Below are positions 53,976 through 62,289 of a DNA stretch of 64,000 nucleotides, piece after piece. Both the position numbers and the translations under genes were made by a program. Numbering within the stretch: position 1 is the stretch's first letter; each line of letters starts with the position of its first letter. The stretch is from an uncultured Pelagibacteraceae bacterium. Its GTDB lineage: Bacteria; Pseudomonadota; Alphaproteobacteria; Pelagibacterales; Pelagibacteraceae. Under the pieces are notes generated by a model. That model was given only the letters and a program-made list of their open reading frames with translations, was not told the origin of the DNA and did not search any database. The stretch spans positions 413-64,412 of the forward strand of contig CACBHX010000001.1 in the NCBI GenBank assembly GCA_902539145.1. The letters are read 5' to 3'.

Positions 53976-56076
53976 AATAGCAACAATATTACCTTATAAA
54001 GAAAATTATACTCATGCTAAAGCATCAGCAGCATCATTATGGGTTTCTGAATTTTTTAAAAAATCAAAATATAATAAGACAAATCATATTTATGGTCATA
54101 CTAAAAATAAAGATTATTTAACAAATAATTATTATAATATTGAATTAGCTAATATTAAATCAAAATTAAAAAGTGCTACCAGAGAATACATAAATAAATT
54201 AATCAAAAAATTTAAAACTCAAAAATATGATATAATTGAAATTCATAATAGACCAATAATACTTAATGAACTCACAAAGAAAGTAAAAAGCAGATACATA
54301 ATGTATTTTCATAACGATCCGTTGTCAATGAATGGGTCAAAAACTATAAATCAAAGATTAGACATCATTTCTAGAGTTGAAAAAATTATTTTTGTAAGTG
54401 AATGGACTCAAAAAAGATTTTTTATTGATATAGACGATAAGTTAAAAACTAAAACTGAAGTAGTTTATCCTAGTGTAAATTTAAAAAAAAAAATTACTAA
54501 AAAAGAAAATTTTATAACTTTTATTGGTAAATTAAATGAGTCAAAAGGATATGATCTATTTGCAAAAACTATAGTTAAGATACTTAATAAATTTCCAAAC
54601 TGGAAAGCTTATTCACTTGGTGATGAAGAAAGGAGAAAAATTTATATAAATCACAAAAATCATTACGAATTAGGATTTTTAAATCATAAAAAAGTTTTGG
54701 AAATTTTAGATAAAACATCAATATCAGTTGTTCCCTCTAAATGGGATGAACCTTTTGGAAGAACAGCTTTAGAGGCAACTTCTAGAGGCTGTGCAACAAT
54801 AATATCAAATAAAGGGGGATTGCCAGAGACGTCAAACCAAGCAATTGTATTAAAAAATCTTAGCGAAGAAATATTATATAACCAAATACATTTTTTAATT
54901 AAAAATAATAAAGCAAGAAAAAAGATTCAAAAAGATTCATTAAAAAATGTTCAACATATTATTTCATCAAATTCAAAAATTATTGATAAGTTAAGACAAG
55001 AAAGTCTGCCTTATAGTAATTTTAATTTTATAAAAAAAAAAATAAAAATCTTAAACATTTATAATCAAGGTCAAAAGTTAAACCACAGACTTTATAATAT
55101 TTCTGTAGGTAAAAAATTTTCAAATGGATTTATAAGAAACGGACACGATGTTTTAGAAATAAGCGATAGGGATTATATAAGAAATAATAGGTCGTTAAAT
55201 TTTCTCTCTATTAAAAATACTTTTCAAAAATATCTTATAGAAACATTTAAAAATTATAATCCTGACCTAATTTTTTTTGGTCATACAAAAAACATTGATC
55301 ATGAAACGATAGATAATTTTAAAAATATAAATAGAAATTTAATAGTTTCACAATGGAACGAAGATCCTATAATGCCAAGTCTAGAATACTCAAAAGATAA
55401 CATTTTAAATATTAAAAGATATTCTGATGTTGTTGATCACACTTTTATAACGACACACCCTGACGAATTAGTTAAACAAGATAAGAATATTAAAAATACA
55501 CATTTTTTTTTCGTTCCAGTAGATCAAAATATCGAGTTTTTTGACGTTTATAAACTTAATCCACAAAAAGATCTTTTTTATGCAATGAGTCATGGTGTTA
55601 ATAGAGCTGTATTAAAAGAGGGAACTGAAGATGATAGAATTATTTTTTTAAATAAATTAGTAAAAAAGATTCCAAAAATTAAATACGATTTTTATGGCTT
55701 TGCAAATAAACAACCAATTTGGGGTAATAATTTTTTTAGAACACTGATCAATTCTAAAATGGCTCTAAATTTAAGTAGAGGGAAACCAACAAAATATTAT
55801 TCAAGTAATAGAATAGCATCAATTATGGGTAACGGTCTTCTAACATTTATTGATACCAAAGTGAAAATGGATCATTTTTTTTCAAATAATGAAATAGTTT
55901 TTTATAATTCTATTAATGATTTATCAGAAAAAATTAAATTTTACGCTAAAAATGACAAATTAAGAGTCGAAATTGCGAAAAATGGAAAAAAAAAATATTT
56001 TCAATTATTCAACGAAAAAAGAGTTGCAAAATATATAATAGATATATCTTTGGGAGGAAATTATAATCTCTTTTAA
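53950..56076 (+). CDS. Two-domain glycosyltransferase (GT4 fused to a CgeB-like GT-B module)
   Basis: PSKWDEPFGRTALEA in first half; LNLSR...SNR...GNG in second. Confidence 0.85.
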   Translation: MSLIKKNIKIATILPYKENYTHAKASAASLWVSEFFKKSKYNKTNHIYGHTKNKDYLTNNYYNIELANIKSKLKSATREYINKLIKKFKTQKYDIIEIHNRPIILNELTKKVKSRYIMYFHNDPLSMNGSKTINQRLDIISRVEKIIFVSEWTQKRFFIDIDDKLKTKTEVVYPSVNLKKKITKKENFITFIGKLNESKGYDLFAKTIVKILNKFPNWKAYSLGDEERRKIYINHKNHYELGFLNHKKVLEILDKTSISVVPSKWDEPFGRTALEATSRGCATIISNKGGLPETSNQAIVLKNLSEEILYNQIHFLIKNNKARKKIQKDSLKNVQHIISSNSKIIDKLRQESLPYSNFNFIKKKIKILNIYNQGQKLNHRLYNISVGKKFSNGFIRNGHDVLEISDRDYIRNNRSLNFLSIKNTFQKYLIETFKNYNPDLIFFGHTKNIDHETIDNFKNINRNLIVSQWNEDPIMPSLEYSKDNILNIKRYSDVVDHTFITTHPDELVKQDKNIKNTHFFFVPVDQNIEFFDVYKLNPQKDLFYAMSHGVNRAVLKEGTEDDRIIFLNKLVKKIPKIKYDFYGFANKQPIWGNNFFRTLINSKMALNLSRGKPTKYYSSNRIASIMGNGLLTFIDTKVKMDHFFSNNEIVFYNSINDLSEKIKFYAKNDKLRVEIAKNGKKKYFQLFNEKRVAKYIIDISLGGNYNLF

Positions 56077-56090
56077 TCAACTTTTTATTA

Positions 56091-56999
56091 ATGAAAAAGA
56101 AAATTATTTCTAAAATATCAGAAGGACTTGGTAACCAACTTTTCATGTATGCTAATTCTTACTCATTAAGTAAAAAAAATAATTTTGATCATTACATAGA
56201 CTCCACAAGTGGATATTATCAAAATAAACATATATACAATTTTATTTTGGATAGATTTTGTATATCTGCAAAGATAGCACCTAAAAAATATACTTTTGAA
56301 AATTCACATAAGAATTTTTTAAAAAAAATTTTGATTTTCTTTGATAGATTTAGTTTAGATAACAAATTTTATTTTGAAAAAAAAGACATCAACAAAAGTA
56401 CACAATTTTCGCCATTGGATCTAGACAAATCTCATAATCATTTTTTTTTAGATGGTAACTTTGAATCTGAGAAATATTTCGATGAATATCGAAATGACTT
56501 GTTAAAAGAATTTACTTTAAAAAATAAAGATCAATTTTCTAATAATAGATATTTAGATATCATCAAAAAAAATAATGTCGTATCGATTTGTGTTAGACAA
56601 AATAGATTTTCAGAAAGAATAAACAATAGAAATTCCTCAAAAAATTTACGTAAATCTTCTGTTTACGTGGATGAAACAATAAATTATATCAATAAAGCAA
56701 TGAATTATTTTAATAAAAGAGTTAATAATCCAAAATATCTGATTTGGAGTAATAATTTTGATAATCTTGAAAAATATTTCGATACAAAAAAATTTATTTT
56801 TGTAGTCAATGATAATGATAAAATTCTAACTGATTTTTTTTTACTTACACAATGTAAATATTTCATTGTAGGTCCATCAACCTTTCATTGGTGGGGTGCT
56901 TGGTTATCAAATTTTAATGATAAAATCTGTGTTAGACCTAAAAATTTAAATCCATCAAATAATAAGGATTTCTGGCCAGAAAAGTGGGTTATAATTTAA
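56091..56999 (+). CDS. Alpha-1,2-fucosyltransferase-like (GT11)
   Basis: GLGNQLFMYA, G.FESEKYF, STFHWWGAWL; HxRxxD motif altered to CVRQNR. Confidence 0.82.
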   Translation: MKKKIISKISEGLGNQLFMYANSYSLSKKNNFDHYIDSTSGYYQNKHIYNFILDRFCISAKIAPKKYTFENSHKNFLKKILIFFDRFSLDNKFYFEKKDINKSTQFSPLDLDKSHNHFFLDGNFESEKYFDEYRNDLLKEFTLKNKDQFSNNRYLDIIKKNNVVSICVRQNRFSERINNRNSSKNLRKSSVYVDETINYINKAMNYFNKRVNNPKYLIWSNNFDNLEKYFDTKKFIFVVNDNDKILTDFFLLTQCKYFIVGPSTFHWWGAWLSNFNDKICVRPKNLNPSNNKDFWPEKWVII

Positions 57000-57949
57000 A
57001 TTTTTATTTTATTAAGTGCATTATTTTTAAATATATTTGCTTCCCTAATATATCTTCTGACCATTTGTGTTGTCTTATGGCCTGTCATTGCCATTATACT
57101 TCTTTCATCTGCCCCAGATTCAGCGGCTACAGTTGCAAAACCTGACCTTAAACTATGACCTGCAAAATTTTTATTTTCAATACCTGCTAAATTTAAATAT
57201 TCTTTCATTAGCCAAACTACAGATTGATCAGTCAATCTTTGATTAGTTAATGATGAACCTTTAGAAAATCTTCTAAATATTGGTCCTGAATTAATTTTAG
57301 AAATTTCTAACCATTTTTTTAAATTTGTAACAGGACAGTAAATATCATTAGTGAAGTAGGGCAGTCCTTTAACCATTCCTTCACCAAATTGATCAGTTTT
57401 TGATTTTTTAATAATGATTTTGAGACCTTCAGGGACAAATTCTAAATCCTCATGGTCAATTGAAACTAGTTCGGTTCTTCTAAAACCGCCTCCAAAGCCA
57501 ATTAAGATTAATGATTTGTCTCGAAGTTTTTTTATTTCCTCAGTTTTTTGTTCATTTATTACATTAATAATTAATTTTAAATGATTGATTAATAATGGTT
57601 TTTTACCTTTCTGAATGCTACCTTTAACCCTTCTTATCCCCATTAAATTTTCAACTATAATTGGATGTTTAGTGTCTAGATAATGACCTTTCAGCTTATG
57701 AACCATACTTATTGAAACTAATCTTCGTCTTAAAGTGCTTATTTTTGAGTTTTTAGAGAGATGGGTTAGATACAAGGAAACTATTTTCGGCTCTGTTGGT
57801 AATGAATTTAATCCATGTTTTGCACAAAAAGTTCCAAAGTCTTTAAAATCCGATTTGTAAGCTCTTAGAGTATTGTTTGCTTTAGAGATTTTAAGATTGT
57901 TTAAAGTTGCCTCATGAAGTGATTTTAGGTCTGTAGTAAGTTCATTCAT
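56996..57949 (-). CDS. Cre-like tyrosine site-specific recombinase
   Basis: NTLRAY N-domain; catalytic R (GFRRTEL), K (KSKTDQ), HxxR (GHSLRSG), H (TGHK), Y (VRRY) all present. Confidence 0.93.
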   Translation of the reverse strand: MNELTTDLKSLHEATLNNLKISKANNTLRAYKSDFKDFGTFCAKHGLNSLPTEPKIVSLYLTHLSKNSKISTLRRRLVSISMVHKLKGHYLDTKHPIIVENLMGIRRVKGSIQKGKKPLLINHLKLIINVINEQKTEEIKKLRDKSLILIGFGGGFRRTELVSIDHEDLEFVPEGLKIIIKKSKTDQFGEGMVKGLPYFTNDIYCPVTNLKKWLEISKINSGPIFRRFSKGSSLTNQRLTDQSVVWLMKEYLNLAGIENKNFAGHSLRSGFATVAAESGADERSIMAMTGHKTTQMVRRYIREANIFKNNALNKIKI

Positions 57950-57952
57950 ATA

Positions 57953-57987
57953 ATTACTATTGATAACATTTAATTATCATTAGTAAT
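57953..57987. promoter_or_regulatory. Putative recombinase binding/crossover site (14-7-14 inverted repeat)
   Basis: ATTACTATTGATAA-CATTTAA-TTATCATTAGTAAT, 13 of 14 arm positions complementary, asymmetric spacer, 3 bp upstream of the recombinase ATG. Confidence 0.72.
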
Positions 57988-58029
57988 ATATCAAGTGATT
58001 TTTAATGTCAATAGTTTAAATTAAAATAT

Positions 58030-58203
58030 ATGGGTTCAATTGATGGAGAAATACCTGCGGTATGGTTTTTGATAAGTTCAATTGGATTTATTATTTTAAG
58101 TGTTATTCAGTATAAAAATACTGGCAAAAGTATAAATACAATATTTTTATCAAGTATGGCTATTATATTTTTTGTAAGTTACCTAATATTGCTTACAAAA
58201 TAG
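58030..58203 (+). CDS. Unannotated 57-aa two-TM membrane protein
   Basis: ATG 58030 to TAG 58201-58203: MGSIDGEIPAVWFLISSIGFIILSVIQYKNTGKSINTIFLSSMAIIFFVSYLILLTK; absent from the ORF track (shortest listed ORF is 60 aa). Confidence 0.6.
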   Translation: MGSIDGEIPAVWFLISSIGFIILSVIQYKNTGKSINTIFLSSMAIIFFVSYLILLTK

Positions 58204-58300
58204 GAGTTATCCCCGAAATTCACAGAAAAATCATCTAATTATGAAAAACAACTATTTAGTGATAACAATTTATATTTAGGTCTGATAAGGTAATTATAAC

Positions 58301-58485
58301 TTAAGAGGCAACTCTTAACTGGCCAGCCAGAGAAAGGCCGAGAGGTTTAAGTCTGGAGGGCAGAAAACCCTGTAAAGCAGCGCTAAACATACAGGGTGGT
58401 CGGTTCGGCGGTAGCGCATAAAACGACGAGCCATAAAATTCTGATCTTTGCACTGTAAAAAGTGTAAAGAATCAGGGTTTTTTTT
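58301..58485 (+). ncRNA. GC-rich structured RNA upstream of ogt (sRNA or riboswitch-like leader)
   Basis: Five stems, two GNRA tetraloops, G-U pairs on + strand, loop-loop complementarity GCGCTA/TAGCGC, terminal terminator. Confidence 0.8.
58437..58485 (+). terminator. Intrinsic terminator ending the structured RNA
   Basis: AATTCTGATCTTTGCACT-GTAAAA-AGTGTAAAGAATCAGGGTT stem running into T8 (58478-58485). Confidence 0.78.
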
Positions 58486-58764
58486 ATGAGACCCTTACTT
58501 GGAACAAAATTTCAATTAAAAGTTTGGAAATACCTGATTACTATCCCTAAAGGCAGCGTGAAAACATATAAACAAGTAGCAATTGCCATTAAAAACCCTA
58601 AAGCAGCCCGTGCAGTCGCAAATGCTTGTGCAAAAAACCCATATGCTCCAAAAATACCCTGTCATAGAGTGATTAGGTCTGATGGAGGTCTTGGAGGTTA
58701 TTCTGGGAGAGGTGGAATCAAGCAAAAGCTCAAATTACTTAGATCTGAAAAAGTATCTATTTAG
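58486..58764 (+). CDS. ogt: O6-methylguanine-DNA methyltransferase, C-terminal domain only
   Basis: GTKFQLKVW, TYKQVA, ARAVA, PCHRV active site. Confidence 0.92.
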   Translation: MRPLLGTKFQLKVWKYLITIPKGSVKTYKQVAIAIKNPKAARAVANACAKNPYAPKIPCHRVIRSDGGLGGYSGRGGIKQKLKLLRSEKVSI

Positions 58765-59230
58765 CACTATTTTAAACCATTTTTAAGTTAAAAAAGTAAG
58801 TAAAATCAACCTTTTTAAACCTTTTTACATGATTTCATTCTAAATAACATAATTCACCCTTTAGTTGTACCATATATTAGCCTATACTTAAAATAGACCC
58901 CTCTACGGGCGTTTAAATGGTATATTCAGTTAGTGCATCGCTCTACTATTAAACTATATCAATGCTTTTAGACTGCCCTATTTTTAGGAAATTTTCATTA
59001 ACACAATTGGAAAAAAGTCCCTATTTTAAAAGGCTATTTGATATTTTCCATAATTTGCAATAAATCTCTACTCTTACTCAGTAAATCAAGAAAATTTTAG
59101 CATTAAATAATCTAAAATGTTCAAAAATTATATTATTTATATTATTAATAAAATATAATAAAAACAATAGTTTAAAATTAATGCTTAATGTAATACTTTA
59201 GATAATAGTAAATAAATAATACCTATTATT

Positions 59231-60076
59231 TTACTTTTTTACTAAGATCTCTCTTCTTGAGATATAGATACCACTTAATACAATAATGAATAAACCTAAG
59301 AAAGTCCAATTATCAGGGAAATCACTAAAGAAATAATAACCTATAATTATGTTTGTAATAATTTCAAAGTAACTAAATGGAGCTAATTTTGAGGCATGAG
59401 CGTATTTAAGAGACAATATTAGAAAAAAATGGCCTAAACATGCAAAAATACCTATTGCAGCCATGATAGACCACTGATTAAAATTAGGTTTAACCCAAAC
59501 AAATGGCATCACAAAAGATATGATTATGGCCCCTACTACACCAGTTAATAATAAAGTTAATAAAGGGTTGTCTGACGTACTCAATTTACGAGTAATAATT
59601 AAATAAAACCCATACATTACACCTGTCCCAAGCGCAGCAATACTTGCTAAATTTATTTCAACGAAACCAGGCCTTATAACTACTAATGAACCTATAAATC
59701 CTATAATAACTGCAGACCATCTCCTAAATCCAACTCTCTCACCTAAAAAAATTGGAGAAAAAGCAGTTACAATTAAAGGAGCAACAAAAGCCAAAGTTAG
59801 TGCTTTAGCTAAAGAAATTATCGAAATTGCATAAAAGAAACAAATATTAGCTGTTAAAAGAATTATCCCTCTCGTAATTTGTAATTTTGGTTTATCAGTC
59901 CACACAAGATTTTTTCTAAAAAATAGGAACATAATTGGAAAAGTAAATGCAACAGTAAAAAAATATCTTGCCCAAGTTATTTGTAAGACTGGAAGATCAG
60001 CACTTAAATATTTTGCAAATCCATCCATAATTGGAAGCATTACCCAGGCCAATAGATTAAAAGTTATAGCCTTCAT
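59231..60076 (-). CDS. DMT/EamA family transporter
   Basis: 10 TMs, FLGERVG.RRW, LAPFSY. Confidence 0.9.
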   Translation of the reverse strand: MKAITFNLLAWVMLPIMDGFAKYLSADLPVLQITWARYFFTVAFTFPIMFLFFRKNLVWTDKPKLQITRGIILLTANICFFYAISIISLAKALTLAFVAPLIVTAFSPIFLGERVGFRRWSAVIIGFIGSLVVIRPGFVEINLASIAALGTGVMYGFYLIITRKLSTSDNPLLTLLLTGVVGAIIISFVMPFVWVKPNFNQWSIMAAIGIFACLGHFFLILSLKYAHASKLAPFSYFEIITNIIIGYYFFSDFPDNWTFLGLFIIVLSGIYISRREILVKK

Positions 60077-60094
60077 CTTTTAAGAGGATATATA

Positions 60095-60997
60095 TTAATT
60101 AAAGTATTTTAAAGCAAAGAATACTACTATTGGCACAGTTATAAATGACATCAATGTCGAAACAACAATAGTACTAGCAACACTATCAACAATCTTTTTA
60201 GGAGAATATATAGAGGCAACAAGGTAATTAAGAACTGCACTTGGCATAGAACATTGAATTAACAAAACACCGGCTGCAAATCCCTCTAGATTAAAATATA
60301 AAATCAAAAAGTATCCAATTATAGGACCAATAATTACTCGTCCTATAGAAGAAAATATTGCTTTATTAAGTGAGAAGACCTTTAGTCTTGTTAAAGCAAT
60401 TCCTAAAGACATTAAAATTAGAAATATTGTAGCATACATTAATAGAAAAGTGGTATTTTCAACAAATCCTGGAAGTTCTAAGTCGTAATAAAGCAAAAAA
60501 ACGGAAATTATTATTGCGTAAAACGGAGGGCTTTTAAGTATAACTTCCAAACTAAATTTTCTATCAGCAAGAAATACACCTAGAGTAAAATGGCATAAAA
60601 TAATTAAAGCAGATATTGCGGCTGAAACTCCAAGTCCTTGTGAACCATAAGCAAACAAACATATAGGCAAGCCCATATTTCCAGTATTGGGCATTGTTAG
60701 TGGAGGTAATTCTCTTATAATATCTTTAGTGTTTAGAAGAAATAGTATTATAACTCCAGTAATCATAAAACCAACAATAGCTAGCGCGTAATACCAAAAA
60801 TAATTTAAAAAAATATTGAAAGAGATATTAACTGGATTTAATGCATAAATAATCATTGCTGGGGTTCCAACATTAGCAGCAAAATTAGTAATAAAAGTTG
60901 TATCTATTTTAGGATTTTTTTTACCTAAGTAATATCCAATACCAACTACGAAAAATACTGGGAATAAAACCTCAAAAAGTTTTATATAAATATCCAT
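60095..60997 (-). CDS. AEC family transporter
   Basis: PNTGNMGLP, SMPSAV, VVST. Confidence 0.9.
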   Translation of the reverse strand: MDIYIKLFEVLFPVFFVVGIGYYLGKKNPKIDTTFITNFAANVGTPAMIIYALNPVNISFNIFLNYFWYYALAIVGFMITGVIILFLLNTKDIIRELPPLTMPNTGNMGLPICLFAYGSQGLGVSAAISALIILCHFTLGVFLADRKFSLEVILKSPPFYAIIISVFLLYYDLELPGFVENTTFLLMYATIFLILMSLGIALTRLKVFSLNKAIFSSIGRVIIGPIIGYFLILYFNLEGFAAGVLLIQCSMPSAVLNYLVASIYSPKKIVDSVASTIVVSTLMSFITVPIVVFFALKYFN

Positions 60998-62289
60998 TAA
61001 TTATATAATCGAATTAATGTTGGAGATCTAAGAATATTCTTGTTTTTTCTAAATATAGATAAGCAATTACTAGCATTCTTCTCAGAAGTTTTATGGGTAA
61101 TGATGACTATTGTCGCCTTCTTGTTTTTTTTATCTGGTGTCTGGATTATTCTTTTTACAGAAATTTTATATTTAGATAATCTGTTTGTTATAAAAGAAAG
61201 AACCCCTTGTTTGTCATTTACCTCAAATCTAAGATACAAAGAATTAGTATAATTATCATTATTAAATGATTTAAGAGATTTTCTTTTTTTTGAGGATAAA
61301 CCAAACGGATACTTAATATTTCCTCTCAAAATTGACAATAAATCAGACAATAGAGAAGATGAGGTTGGACCTGGGCCAGCACCCTCGCCTTGCAGAACAC
61401 TTTCACCTATTGGTTCACCCTCTATGATAACAGCGTTCATAACACCATTAACATTTCCAATATAAGTATTCTTGCTAACTAAACATGGATGCACAGTTTC
61501 AAATAATCTATGATTGATTATTTCAGAAATACCAAGAAGTTTAACTCTTAATCCTAATTGACCTGCGATTTTAATGTCTTTTAAATCGATATTTTCAATA
61601 CCTTGCATTATACATTTATGTTTAGAAATTTTTGTATTAAACGAGAGAGCAGATAAAATTCTTACTTTCGCAAACGCATCAAACCCATTCAGATCAAGTT
61701 TTGGGTTTCCTGGCTCTGCATAGCCAAGTTGTTGTGCTTTTTGTAAAACTTTATTAAAGTTTTCGTTACTATTTTCCATTTCAGATAAGATATAGTTGGT
61801 TGTTCCATTCAAAATTCCGTAGACTTTATCGATTTTATTTGTTGCTAAACCTTCCTTAATCGTTCTTAAGATAGGGATCCCTCCTGCAACAGAGGCTTCA
61901 AATTCTAAATTTACATTATTTTTTTCAGCCAGTTTTGCTAAACGATCTCCATGTTTTGCAATTAAAGCTTTGTTAGGTGTTATGACGTGTATTTTATTTT
62001 TAAGAGCAGTTTCGACGATCTTTTTTGAAATACCGTCAGATTGACCTATACATTCAAATAGTACATCTATTTTTTTATCTCTAAAAATTTGAAGTGGTTT
62101 TTTAAAGAAGATTTTTTTTTGAATTTGAAATCTTCTTTTTTTGTTCCTATTTTTTGCAGATATAGCAACAATATTAATTTTTTTTCCAGTTTTTCTCTCA
62201 ATTTCTTTTTTTTTTGATCTCAACTCATTGTAAAGGTAAATACCTATTTGTCCTAAGCCAATTATTGCAATATTTACTAAATTTTTCAT
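60997..62289 (-). CDS. hom: Homoserine dehydrogenase with ACT domain
   Basis: GLGQIG, NKALIA, EASVAGGIP, GILNGTTNYIL, GAGPGPT. Confidence 0.96.
   Translation of the reverse strand: MKNLVNIAIIGLGQIGIYLYNELRSKKKEIERKTGKKINIVAISAKNRNKKRRFQIQKKIFFKKPLQIFRDKKIDVLFECIGQSDGISKKIVETALKNKIHVITPNKALIAKHGDRLAKLAEKNNVNLEFEASVAGGIPILRTIKEGLATNKIDKVYGILNGTTNYILSEMENSNENFNKVLQKAQQLGYAEPGNPKLDLNGFDAFAKVRILSALSFNTKISKHKCIMQGIENIDLKDIKIAGQLGLRVKLLGISEIINHRLFETVHPCLVSKNTYIGNVNGVMNAVIIEGEPIGESVLQGEGAGPGPTSSSLLSDLLSILRGNIKYPFGLSSKKRKSLKSFNNDNYTNSLYLRFEVNDKQGVLSFITNRLSKYKISVKRIIQTPDKKNKKATIVIITHKTSEKNASNCLSIFRKNKNILRSPTLIRLYN

Noticed and set aside
58301-58485. Identification of the structured RNA as tmRNA, RNase P, 6S, SRP, or a lysine/SAM/TPP/glycine riboswitch
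   Set aside because: Diagnostic motifs are missing (no tRNA-like CCA end or tag frame, no GAGGAAAGUCC, no long 6S rod, no matching aptamer cores); left unassigned.
58842-58864. Minus-strand TTATGTTATTT, a 9/11 match to the XerD arm, near the convergence point
   Set aside because: The partner arm reads CTAAAG rather than CATAA, so it is not a credible canonical dif.
58896-58912. GACCCCTCTACGGGCG as a possible attR copy of the tRNA-Glu 3' end
   Set aside because: Only loose similarity to CCCCTAGGGACCGCCA; too short and gapped to define an island boundary.
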